Below, piece after piece: positions 47,789 through 57,012 of a stretch of DNA of 64,000 bases. The DNA comes from an uncultured Gemmatimonadota bacterium (lineage in GTDB: Bacteria; JAAXHH01). How positions within the stretch are numbered: the first letter of the stretch is position 1; every line of letters begins with the position of its first letter. The notes beneath the pieces were generated by a model. That model was not told where the DNA came from. It was given only the letters and a program-made list of their open reading frames with translations, and did not search any database. The position numbers were made by a program, and so were the translations under genes. Where the stretch lies: assembly GCA_951812955.1 (NCBI GenBank), contig OX638340.1, positions 3,744,001-3,808,000 of the forward strand, written 5' to 3'.

Positions 47789-49135
47789 GTGCGTAAGATG
47801 AACATCCGAATACTTACTGCCGAAGAGGCCGTGACGGGCATCCTGAAGCGGCGGCCGTTGAACGAGGCCATGTCGGCTGCCGGGATCGAAGAACGGAACA
47901 GGGAACTGTTCGGCAAGGCCCTGACGGCGGAACAGGCCGTAGCGACCATAATCGACGATATTCGAAAGAGCGGGGACGATTCGGTAAGGCACTACGCCCG
48001 GTTGCTGGATGGGCAGGCACCATCTGCCCTCGAAGTCCCGCGGAGCGAGATCGACGAGGCGGCGGCATCGCTGCCTTCCAGTTTGCGTGATGCGCTGGAA
48101 ACGGCGGCCGAACGCATCCGGTCGTTTCACGAAAAGCAAACGTTCGAGTCCTGGACGCACTGGGACGAAGAGGGCGGTACCGGACAGATCGTGCGGCCGC
48201 TGGACCGGGTCGGCGTCTACGTACCCGGCGGCGGGGCCGCCTATCCATCCTCACTGCTGATGGCCGTGATCCCCGCCCGAGCGGCCGGAGTCCGGGAGGT
48301 CGTCGTGGCCACGCCCCCAGGAAGGGACGGAGCTGTACCGTCCGCGGTTCTGGCCGCTGCTTCCGTGGCGGGTGCCGACGCGGTATACCGTATCGGAGGT
48401 CCACAGGCGATCGCGGCGATGGCCCATGGTACCGAGTCCATTTCACGCGTCGACAAGATCGTGGGTCCGGGTAATGTATTCGTGACCCTGGCCAAGCGCC
48501 AGGTGTACGGGATCGTGGACATCGACCAGCTGGCCGGTCCCACTGAAACCCTGCTGATCGCCGACGATACGGCCAGTGCGGAATTAGCGGCGGCAGACCT
48601 GCTGGCGCAGGCCGAACACGATACCATGGCGAGCGCCATACTGATCACGCCGTCGTCCGGGCTGGCCCTGGCGGTGCAAAACGCCCTGGATGAACAGTTG
48701 GCCGAACTGGACCGGGCGGAAATAATCCGGTCCTCCCTGCAACATAACGGAGGGATCGTGCTGGTCTCGAGCCTCGAAGAAGCGGTTGAACTGGCAAACG
48801 CCTACGCACCGGAGCACCTGTGCCTGCTCGTCGCGGATCCATGGACCCTTGTGGACAGCATCCGGCACGCCGGGGGAATCTTCGTGGGAGAACACTCTTC
48901 AGAGGCCCTGGGGGACTACGTCACCGGACCGAGCCATATCATGCCCACCGGGGGCAGCGCCCGTTTCCATTCTCCCTTGAGTGTGCGCGATTTCCTGAAG
49001 ATCACCAGCCTGTTCGCGGTCAATGAACTGGCTGAGAAAAGGTTGGGACCTACCGCAATCAGGCTGGCGGAAGCAGAAGGCCTTTCGGCCCACGCCATGG
49101 CCATACGAAGAAGACGCTCAAGCGACCGAGACTGA
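47789..49135 (+). CDS. hisD: histidinol dehydrogenase family protein (HisD-like; true hisD vs paralog such as sulfopropanediol dehydrogenase unresolved)
   Basis: Aligns by eye with E. coli HisD motifs (GGPQAIAAMA, AQAEHD, GPEHL, GDY..GPSH..PT); 10 nt after the DUF1611 gene. Confidence 0.8.
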   Translation: MRKMNIRILTAEEAVTGILKRRPLNEAMSAAGIEERNRELFGKALTAEQAVATIIDDIRKSGDDSVRHYARLLDGQAPSALEVPRSEIDEAAASLPSSLRDALETAAERIRSFHEKQTFESWTHWDEEGGTGQIVRPLDRVGVYVPGGGAAYPSSLLMAVIPARAAGVREVVVATPPGRDGAVPSAVLAAASVAGADAVYRIGGPQAIAAMAHGTESISRVDKIVGPGNVFVTLAKRQVYGIVDIDQLAGPTETLLIADDTASAELAAADLLAQAEHDTMASAILITPSSGLALAVQNALDEQLAELDRAEIIRSSLQHNGGIVLVSSLEEAVELANAYAPEHLCLLVADPWTLVDSIRHAGGIFVGEHSSEALGDYVTGPSHIMPTGGSARFHSPLSVRDFLKITSLFAVNELAEKRLGPTAIRLAEAEGLSAHAMAIRRRRSSDRD

Positions 49136-49146
49136 CGCTTTCCGTA

Positions 49147-49304
49147 CCGGCCGGGATGGCCTCACACCGCCCGGCCGGGATGGCCTCACACCGCCCGGTT
49201 CGCCCACCGCCCGGCTCGCCCTGCCCACCAGCCCGGTTCGCCCACCGCCCGGCTCGCCCTACCCACCAGCCCGGTTCGCCCACCGCCCGGCTCGCCCTGC
49301 CCGC
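49147..49304. repeat. intergenic compound minisatellite (24-bp unit x2, then 38-bp unit x ~2.8)
   Basis: ccggccgggatggcctcacaccgc x2; ccggttcgcccaccgcccggctcgccctgcccaccagc x3 (last truncated); between convergent hisD-like and HpcH genes. Confidence 0.9.
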
Positions 49305-50059
49305 TACCTTCCGACTTCGGCGAGGGCCGCCTGGGCCGCCTGAGCCAGGAAACCCATGTCGCTCCCTAGGGTGATCCACTGGAATCCCTCCGCGATGCGC
49401 TTCCTGTTGATGTCCATCGTGGTGGAAGCGTAACCGCCGGGCACGCCGAGTTCCTTCGCCCGGTTTATGATCCCCTCGACCACCTTTTCCACTTCGGGAT
49501 GGACCGGCTCACCCACGTAGCCGTGTGACGCCGCGAGATCGTTCGGTCCGACCAGGAACGCGTCGACGCCAGGGGTGGTAAGTATCTCATCCAGGTTCTC
49601 GACGGCCTCGACGGTTTCGATCTGGACCATGATAAACGTTTCCTCGTTGGCGGTACGGAGGTATTCTGCCAGGTCCTGACCCGAGATGTTGAGGAAACGG
49701 GCGCCCATGCCGCGAATGCCCATGGGCGGATACTTGGCCGCGCGGACCGCATATTCCGCCTGCTCCCGGTTGTTGACCCAGGGGATGATCAGGCCCTCCG
49801 CACCGATGTCCAGCGCCTTCTTGATGTGCACCATGTCGTTCCAGGGCACGCGGACGAGGGGCGTGACGTCCCGGCCCCGGGTCGTCTGGATCATGGGATG
49901 GAGCATTTCCGTGTTCGTGGGACCGTGTTCGGCGTCGAACCAGATCCAGTCGAAGGGAAGGTTCGCAACCAGTTCCACGATGTCGGTACAGGGTGTTCCG
50001 ACGGATACGCCATAGGTCACTTCGTCATTGCGCAGCTTTTCCTTAAGCCGGTTCTTCAT
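49304..50059 (-). CDS. HpcH/HpaI family 2-keto-3-deoxy-sugar-acid aldolase
   Basis: Pyruvate/PEP-utilising TIM barrel with metal-binding E/D; start at MKNRLKEKL (50059) with AGGAG SD; the ORF-track 5' extension is unsupported. Confidence 0.85.
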   Translation of the reverse strand: MKNRLKEKLRNDEVTYGVSVGTPCTDIVELVANLPFDWIWFDAEHGPTNTEMLHPMIQTTRGRDVTPLVRVPWNDMVHIKKALDIGAEGLIIPWVNNREQAEYAVRAAKYPPMGIRGMGARFLNISGQDLAEYLRTANEETFIMVQIETVEAVENLDEILTTPGVDAFLVGPNDLAASHGYVGEPVHPEVEKVVEGIINRAKELGVPGGYASTTMDINRKRIAEGFQWITLGSDMGFLAQAAQAALAEVGR

Positions 50060-50249
50060 GCGGTCTCCTGGATAGGGGGGGTCGGTCGCGGCAGACAGCG
50101 GATACTGCAGCGGATTTCGCGATTGATTCACATACAGGCCGTAAGTATATTGCAAGCCGATTTGGATGGAAACCTCAAAATGGAAAGGGACGTCTATCAC
50201 CGGCGGTTTCAGCACGGCTTGTTACCGTCTGTCAGAGGAGTGCCGGTTC

Positions 50250-51104
50250 ATGATAAAAAACACGCTCATTCCTTCGCTGAAGGCCATCATCCTGGCGGTG
50301 TCAGCGATCACCTTCGCCGCCACCGCGCTGTCAGTCCATGCGCAGCAGATACCCTACGCACCGACGTCCGAAGGCCAGATTCCGGAAGCGATACTCGGCA
50401 AGGCCGGCGCGCCCCGCGGCAGCGGCCTGGCCTATTTCGATGAAGATCCGGCTACAATGGGTTACCTCGCCGAACCGGATGGACCGGGTCCACGGGGTGC
50501 CGTCATTTTGATCCATGAGTGGAACGGGTTGGTGGACCGCGTGAGACAGGTGGCCGATGCCCTGGCGGCGGAGGGCTACGTCGCCCTGGCGGCGGATCTG
50601 TATTCCGGGCGCACGGGGAGCAACCGCGACGAGAACATGGCGCTCGTTCGCGAAACGCTGGGAGAGATGGACAAGATCATCCGTAACCTGGACGCGGCGG
50701 CGGCCTATCTGAGAGGAAGGACGGATGTAAACGGCAAAATCGCAGCCATGGGCTGGTGCTACGGCGGAGGGGTCGCCCTGAGCTATGCCCTGGGCGGCGA
50801 GAACCACGATGCCACCGCCATCTTCTACGGACGACTGCTCGACGATCCCGAAAGACTCAGTGCCATACATCATGAAGTCTATGGCACCTTCGCCGGACTC
50901 GACCGTGGTCCTTCGCCCGAACAGGTTGGACGGTTCGTCGCCGCGCTTCGCGAAGCCGGCGTGGAGAACGACGTGCACATCTACGACGACGTCAACCACG
51001 GGTTCTGGCTGTACGTGGACCGCGACCCGAATAACGAGGAACCTGCGCTGGACGCATGGGAGCGGCTGAAGGACTATCTCAAAAGGACCATAGGAAGCGA
51101 CTGA
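50250..51104 (+). CDS. dienelactone hydrolase family protein, secreted
   Basis: Signal peptide; catalytic Cys in GWCYGG nucleophile elbow, Asp and His (DDVNHGF) triad; GAGGAG SD. Confidence 0.8.
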   Translation: MIKNTLIPSLKAIILAVSAITFAATALSVHAQQIPYAPTSEGQIPEAILGKAGAPRGSGLAYFDEDPATMGYLAEPDGPGPRGAVILIHEWNGLVDRVRQVADALAAEGYVALAADLYSGRTGSNRDENMALVRETLGEMDKIIRNLDAAAAYLRGRTDVNGKIAAMGWCYGGGVALSYALGGENHDATAIFYGRLLDDPERLSAIHHEVYGTFAGLDRGPSPEQVGRFVAALREAGVENDVHIYDDVNHGFWLYVDRDPNNEEPALDAWERLKDYLKRTIGSD

Positions 51105-51850
51105 TGGATGCTTTCGACCAGGCCTTAGCCGAAATCGAGACCTTCGGGTTTACGCTGTTGCCCGACGTATTGACGGCGAATCAGGCAGGAGCATTGCGCG
51201 AAGCCTTGATCCGCGTAGCGGAAGAAAATGGCGAGGCAGGTTACGAGAACCGGGGGGGCACGTCGCTGCTGGTTCGGAACCTGCCCACCCTGGATCCCGT
51301 GTTCCTTCAGATCGTCGACCACCCGGTCGTTCTGCCCATCCTGGAGCGGATGCTCGACAAGACCCTGGTGCTGGGCAGCCTGAGTTCCCGGATCGTCCGG
51401 CCCGGAGACGGTTACCAGGACCTCCACAGCGACATTCCTCGGCACATGTTGAACCCCATCTCCCCGGTTATGATGAACACCGTCTGGATGCTGGATGATT
51501 TCAACGCGGAGATCGGTGGCACGCGCATCGTTCCGGGTTCGCACAAGAGCGGATGGGCGGGACCGCCTGATGGCATGGAGGTGCCGCACGTGTACCAGCC
51601 CGAGGCCTCCGCAGGCAGCGTGCTGATTTTCAACGGCCAATGCTGGCACGGCGGCGGCGCCAATACTTCAGACCGAAGCCGCCACGCTCTTTTCGGGCAC
51701 TACCGCAAGTCCATGCTCCTCTTTCAGCTCGATCCGCACGACGGTTTTCGGGACGAGTGGTTCGAAGGACTGTCTTCCCGCCAGAAACAGCTCATGCGCA
51801 TGCAGAAGGGGGTCGGCGCACGTCACGCGGCGGATGATCACCTGCTGTAG
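51104..51850 (+). CDS. phytanoyl-CoA dioxygenase (PhyH) family protein
   Basis: HSD (HxD) and CWHGGG distal His; ATG overlaps the upstream stop (TGATG). Confidence 0.8.
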   Translation: MDAFDQALAEIETFGFTLLPDVLTANQAGALREALIRVAEENGEAGYENRGGTSLLVRNLPTLDPVFLQIVDHPVVLPILERMLDKTLVLGSLSSRIVRPGDGYQDLHSDIPRHMLNPISPVMMNTVWMLDDFNAEIGGTRIVPGSHKSGWAGPPDGMEVPHVYQPEASAGSVLIFNGQCWHGGGANTSDRSRHALFGHYRKSMLLFQLDPHDGFRDEWFEGLSSRQKQLMRMQKGVGARHAADDHLL

Positions 51851-51939
51851 CCGGTCAGTGATCCACCTGGTTTGGCCCCAGGCTTCCCTATCGCAATAAA
51901 TCGATAAGGCTGTAGATACCTCGTATATACGGAGTAGTC

Positions 51940-52362
51940 ATGGCGAATTCATCACAATCAGATCAACTGGAAGAGGGAACGCAAGAGGTCCTGGATTTCT
52001 CGAAACTCCGGCAGATAGCCGGCATCGAAGAAGAGGTCCTGCCGGTCGTCGTCCAGGATTCGGCAACGAAGGAAGTACTGATCGTGGCCTATGTCAATCG
52101 CCTGGCCCTGGACGAATCCCTGAAGACCGGTATCGCCACGTTCTGGAGCACTTCGCGGAACGAACTGTGGATCAAGGGCGCCACGTCGGGAAACGCCCTG
52201 CGCATCGATGAAATCCGCATCAACTGCGAGCAGAACTCCGTGTTATTCCTTGTAACGCCCCAGGGTTCCGGGGCATGTCACACGAAGGACAGTGACGGCC
52301 GTTACCGCACCGGCTGCTATTACCGCCGTATGAGGTCATCCGGAGAACTTGAGTTCGTCTGA
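51940..52362 (+). CDS. hisI: phosphoribosyl-AMP cyclohydrolase (HisI, standalone)
   Basis: LPVVVQD, WSTSRNELWIKGATSGN, C..C-HT zinc site consistent with the HisI fold. Confidence 0.8.
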   Translation: MANSSQSDQLEEGTQEVLDFSKLRQIAGIEEEVLPVVVQDSATKEVLIVAYVNRLALDESLKTGIATFWSTSRNELWIKGATSGNALRIDEIRINCEQNSVLFLVTPQGSGACHTKDSDGRYRTGCYYRRMRSSGELEFV

Positions 52363-52387
52363 ACGATTATTCCGACTCAACGACGCA

Positions 52388-52421
52388 GACCTATTCTGAG
52401 ATAGGTTCGCGTTACTATTTT
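52388..52421 (+). terminator. possible weak terminator after hisI
   Basis: acctat-tctgag-ataggt hairpin followed by tcgcgttactatttt; AT-rich stem, marginal. Confidence 0.3.
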
Positions 52422-52517
52422 GAACACGCCTCAAAAATACCCTGCTATTTCGGAATATGGTCCAAAACAGTACGAAGGCGACTCCGATTTTCGAGAACCA
52501 GCAGGGCGGTTCCCCGC

Positions 52518-53258
52518 CTACCCCCCGAAAGCCTCCATGTAAAGCCTGGTGCGCTCGTTCAGGACGCCGTAGAAGGCGCGGGTCTCCGGGTCTTCGCTGT
52601 CCCGCCAGAAGGTGGCGGGAATCCCGGAATCGTTGGCCAGGGGATCCCGGTCCCGGTGGCCGTAGTAGATCTGTGCGGTCTTCCGCACAGCCCGCGTGGG
52701 ACGCGTGGTCGCCGTGTGGAGCACCGATACGTTGAACAGAGCGCAGGTACCCGCCGGTCCGTGGAGGTCGTAGACGCCCCGCTCCAGTTGCGCGCTGTTC
52801 TCCTTCAGTACGGGCTGCTCGATCCCTTCGGGCGAAAGGGAAAAACAGTGGGTGCGCTCATCCACGTCGGTTAAATAGACGATGAGCTGGATGTAGTCCA
52901 TGCGCAGGGGATGGTCGAACCAGTGGGCTTTGTCGCGGTGCCACCGCTGGTGGAGCGCGCCCTTGTATGGCCCCATGGACCGCAGCCCGATTTCCCCGAA
53001 ACAGAGCGGACCGCCCATCAGTTCCTGTATGGTCCCGTAGATGGCGGGATGGCGGATCAGTCCGTCGAATACCGGCGTGGTGATGAGCGCGTCGTAGTTG
53101 GCCTCCTGGTGATGCCCGTAAGGATGCCAGAAATAAGGGAACCGGCGGCGGTCTTCATCGAATAGATCCCGATAATGGTCCACTTCCTCGTTCGAGAGGA
53201 CCTTGCCCAGGTTGATGAATCCGTTCTGACGAAAGAACGCCAGGTCAGACTGCTTCAT
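52518..53258 (-). CDS. phytanoyl-CoA dioxygenase (PhyH) family protein
   Basis: WHRD (HxD) iron site and distal His; double-stranded beta-helix pattern. Confidence 0.75.
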   Translation of the reverse strand: MKQSDLAFFRQNGFINLGKVLSNEEVDHYRDLFDEDRRRFPYFWHPYGHHQEANYDALITTPVFDGLIRHPAIYGTIQELMGGPLCFGEIGLRSMGPYKGALHQRWHRDKAHWFDHPLRMDYIQLIVYLTDVDERTHCFSLSPEGIEQPVLKENSAQLERGVYDLHGPAGTCALFNVSVLHTATTRPTRAVRKTAQIYYGHRDRDPLANDSGIPATFWRDSEDPETRAFYGVLNERTRLYMEAFGG

Positions 53259-53432
53259 GAGAACCTTTCAGGTGAGTATTTGTGCTCCGAATCCCGGTCC
53301 TTATGAATCCCCAATCTTCCGGCTCCCGATTCATCCGAATCTCGGCTCTACCAACTGTCCCTGGTTCTTTCAATTGCCCGGGCATTTCAAACCTCTTCCG
53401 GTGTTTCCAGTGGTTCAGGATATCCCCATCGC

Positions 53433-54137
53433 TCACACCGACCGCGTTATGCCCCCGTCGACGCGCAGGTTCTGGCCCGTGATATAGCCCGAACCGGGTG
53501 ACAGCAGGAATGCGGCCGTTGCCGCGATCTCCTCCACCGTGCCGTAGCGTCCCATTGGAATGCGCGACCTGAATGCTTCCGATTCGGGGAGACTGTCGAT
53601 GAATCCCGGCAGGAGATTGTTCATCCGGATGTTGTCGCCGGCGTGGTTGTCGGCATAGATCTTCGAAAAACTCGCCAGGGCCGCTCTGAAAGGCGTCGAA
53701 ACCGGGAAGTAATGCTCCGGTTCGAAGGCGGCGAAGGTGGATATGTTGACGATCGAACCGCCGCCCTGTTCCACCATGATCGGGGTGACCAGGCGCGCCA
53801 TGCGCACCACATTGAGAAACACGATATCCAGTCCCTCGTGCCAGTCTTCGTCCGGTATATCCAGCAGGCTGCCCTTAGGCGGATGGCCGGTGCTGTTGAC
53901 GACGCCATCAATCCGGCCGTGGGCTTCCATGGTCAGGTCCACCAGCTTTCGCAGGTCGGCTTCGTCCGTGACGGAGCCCGTCACGCCGATGCCTCCCAGT
54001 TCACTTGCGAGTGATTCCGCCGCTCCGGAGGGAGACAGCAACGCGACGGCCCACCCTTGTCCGGCCAGGTTGCGCGCGATGGCCGCTCCCATGCCCCTTC
54101 CCGCTCCCGTGATGACCGCTACTTGTTGCGAACTCAT
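53433..54137 (-). CDS. SDR family oxidoreductase
   Basis: TGAGRGMG cofactor motif; classic SDR length. Confidence 0.85.
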   Translation of the reverse strand: MSSQQVAVITGAGRGMGAAIARNLAGQGWAVALLSPSGAAESLASELGGIGVTGSVTDEADLRKLVDLTMEAHGRIDGVVNSTGHPPKGSLLDIPDEDWHEGLDIVFLNVVRMARLVTPIMVEQGGGSIVNISTFAAFEPEHYFPVSTPFRAALASFSKIYADNHAGDNIRMNNLLPGFIDSLPESEAFRSRIPMGRYGTVEEIAATAAFLLSPGSGYITGQNLRVDGGITRSV

Positions 54138-54449
54138 AACTCTCCCTTCGGCGTATTGACCGTTTTAAGCCATGCAGGATGTCGCTGGAACGATTTCGGC
54201 TCGTCTCCATGCAGATTCGATATCTGTTGATGTAGACGCACGTCTCGAACATGGCGGTATATAAACAAATGCATTGCAGTAATCAATGGGAGAATATAGC
54301 GTTAATCCGGTTAGCACCGATCCGGTTCAGCAGGAGCGAATCCCGGCGATTCATCGGTTAACGGGCCGGTTTCGAGTCGCAGACCGCATTGGGACCCACA
54401 TCGTGTGAACAATTGCGACCGCAGTATATCACATACCGCAGGACGGCAC

Positions 54450-55544
54450 ATGAAGATAACCGGACTGAAAACCCACTCCGTCCACGTGAATCACCGGGGA
54501 GACTGGACGTTCCTGGCAGTGCTCACGGATGAAGGAATAACCGGTTTCGGCGAGGTGAATCCCGGAGGGGCCCGATCCGGGAGCGTGGACTTCCTGCAAC
54601 AAGCCGAACCGGTTCTCGCAGGTCGCGACCCCGGCAGCATCGAACGCATCCTGGCCGAACTCCTGCCTTCGCCCACCGACCGGTCTAAAGTAATGGCCCT
54701 GAGCGCCCTCGACCAGGCCCTGTGGGACATCAAGGGCAAGACCCTGGGCGTGCCCGTGGCGGACGTCATCGGGGGACGATGCCATGATGAGATTCCCCTT
54801 TATGCCAACATAAACCGGGCTACGACCGACCGGACGCCCGCGGGGTTCGCCCGGAACGCGGCCGCCGCGGTTTCGGATGGATTCGACGCCGTAAAACTGG
54901 CCCCCTTCGACGGGATGCCAGGCGGGATCGACCGGGCCTCCGACGCCCGCGAAGGCATTGCCTGCATGGAAGCGGTGCGTGAAGCGATCGGTCCGGAGGT
55001 CTCCCTGTTGATCGACTGCCACAGCCACTTCTCCGCCCGGGGCGGGTGCGAGGTATTCGACGCCCTCAGGGACCTGGACCTTTACTGGTACGAGGAACCC
55101 GTGCCCGATGAAGACCACGAGGGCTACCGGGCCATACGGGATCATATCGACGTGCCGCTGGCCGGAGGCGAAAGCCTGATGTACCTGGAGGGGTTCTGGC
55201 CCGTGGTGGACCAGGGTCTGATGGACGTCATCATGCCGGACGTGACGATCGTGGGCGGACTGTGGGAACTGAAGAAGGTCGCCGCCATGGCTGAAGGCAG
55301 GGGGATTCCCACCGCGCCGCACGGACCCTTCGGACCTTTGACCATCGCGGCAGGCGTTCAGGCCATGGCCGCCCATCCCCGCTTCCAGATTCTGGAATAC
55401 GCCTGGGGGGAGGTGCCGTGGCGGCACGAATTGATCGTACCGCCGGAGCGGATCGAAGACGGCAGGATCCGGGTATCGGACCGGCCCGGTCTCGGTGTCG
55501 AACTGAACATGGAAGCCATCGACGCGTACCGGGTAGACCGGTAG
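54450..55544 (+). CDS. enolase-superfamily enzyme (mandelate racemase/muconate lactonizing, sugar-acid dehydratase-like)
   Basis: Capping domain plus TIM barrel with KxK, D, E, D metal ligands (LIDCHS.., YWYEEP, LAGGES); start at MKITGLK. Confidence 0.85.
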   Translation: MKITGLKTHSVHVNHRGDWTFLAVLTDEGITGFGEVNPGGARSGSVDFLQQAEPVLAGRDPGSIERILAELLPSPTDRSKVMALSALDQALWDIKGKTLGVPVADVIGGRCHDEIPLYANINRATTDRTPAGFARNAAAAVSDGFDAVKLAPFDGMPGGIDRASDAREGIACMEAVREAIGPEVSLLIDCHSHFSARGGCEVFDALRDLDLYWYEEPVPDEDHEGYRAIRDHIDVPLAGGESLMYLEGFWPVVDQGLMDVIMPDVTIVGGLWELKKVAAMAEGRGIPTAPHGPFGPLTIAAGVQAMAAHPRFQILEYAWGEVPWRHELIVPPERIEDGRIRVSDRPGLGVELNMEAIDAYRVDR

Positions 55545-55566
55545 CGGGCGCGACAGGGTGTGCCGC

Positions 55567-56292
55567 CTACTTCCCGGCGATGGCCGCCTTGATCGCTTCC
55601 TCGAATTCGGCTTTCGTCTGGTTGTTCACGAATCGTTTCGTGACCTTGCCGTCCCGGCCGACCACAAACGTATGGGGTATGGTCAGCACGTTGCCATAGG
55701 CCTGGTAAGTCTTGCGGTCCGATTCCACTATGGGATAGGTAATATTGAGCTTCTCGACGAAGGGTGCCGTGATGGAAAGCCCTTCTTCGTCGAGTGAGAG
55801 TCCCAGCACCTCGACCCCCTGTTCCCGGTAAGTCCTGAAGAGTTCGTCCAGCACCGGCATTTCCACCAGGCAGGGCGGGCACCAGGTTGCCCAGAAATTC
55901 ACCACGACCACTTTCCCTTTCAATGCGGACAGACTGGCCTCGCCGCCGCCGAGCACCGGCAGGTTGAAATCCGGCGCGGCGCTTCCCTCTTTCAGCATGA
56001 GCCGGGCTTCGATCGCCTTCAATTCGGCCACGACGGCCGCTCGGATGCGGGGAACCATGTCCGGCGTCACCTGGATCCCCAGTTCCTGGTATACGGCCAT
56101 GGCCGTTTCCCGACCGAAATTCGGCTTGCCGGCCTTGGATTTGGATACCTGCTCCATGATGTAGGCGACGATCTTCTCTTCGTCCCCGGTCAGGGCCTGT
56201 TCATCCTGGTCCGTGGCCTGCGTCTGCAAGGGAAACAGGATGGCTGCCGCGGCAAAGATGGTGCACAACAGTGTCGTAGAAATCCTGCTCAC
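55567..56292 (-). CDS. TlpA-like thiol-disulfide oxidoreductase (redoxin), secreted
   Basis: Signal peptide; WATWCPPC thioredoxin-fold active site. Confidence 0.8.
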   Translation of the reverse strand: MSRISTTLLCTIFAAAAILFPLQTQATDQDEQALTGDEEKIVAYIMEQVSKSKAGKPNFGRETAMAVYQELGIQVTPDMVPRIRAAVVAELKAIEARLMLKEGSAAPDFNLPVLGGGEASLSALKGKVVVVNFWATWCPPCLVEMPVLDELFRTYREQGVEVLGLSLDEEGLSITAPFVEKLNITYPIVESDRKTYQAYGNVLTIPHTFVVGRDGKVTKRFVNNQTKAEFEEAIKAAIAGK

Positions 56293-56384
56293 GCTATCCT
56301 CCAGTACGGTGGGTCGTTTTCTGTATTATCGGACGAGTTGGGTTAGCGCCGAAATGCCGTAACACAGGTACCCCGGCCTCGAAC

Positions 56385-56738
56385 TCAGGTCTTGCTGGTT
56401 TCCTTTTCGGCTTTGACGGCCTTTTTTAGCATTTCGTTGAAGTTCATCTCGAAGTTTGCCAGGTCGCTGCGGTCCACGATCGTGGCGGCCGCGACACCCA
56501 CGGCAATAGCCACGGCTTCCCGGATCTCGGCGCCGTCGGCGCCGTACTTCATGGCTTTCTTCAGATGGCCTTCCAGGCAGTTGTGGCATCCCGCACTCAA
56601 CGAGGCCGCTATGGCGATCAGTTCCTTGGTCTTGTTGTCGAGCGCGGTGCCCTGCCGGTACGTCTCCCGGTAGAAATCGAAGTAGATTTCCTTCATCCGT
56701 TCTTCCAGCAACTCGTATGACCTCAGAACCTTTCCCAC
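56385..56738 (-). CDS. carboxymuconolactone decarboxylase/AhpD-like family protein
   Basis: 117 aa; CxxC-like GCHNCLEGH motif of the AhpD/CMD fold; GGAGGA SD. Confidence 0.8.
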   Translation of the reverse strand: MGKVLRSYELLEERMKEIYFDFYRETYRQGTALDNKTKELIAIAASLSAGCHNCLEGHLKKAMKYGADGAEIREAVAIAVGVAAATIVDRSDLANFEMNFNEMLKKAVKAEKETSKT

Positions 56739-57012
56739 GTATCTTTCCTCCGTAATCCCGTCCGAAACGGGATGTCGCCTTCAGTTTCCCCTGACCGTCA
56801 ATGCCATGTCGTTTAAGACCGGACGCGAACCTGCGAAATCGTACCTAAAGAGTATTCAAAATCCTGCCGCGATTATTCAAACTTCTGCCCGCGGGACTAC
56901 AGGCATATTAAGGCCAGTTCCGGTCCGGCGCAATGTGATTCTATAGTATCCACCGGCAGGACGATACGGTTCGGCCGGGCGATATCAGGTCACCCATGCT
57001 GGTGATTCGAGC

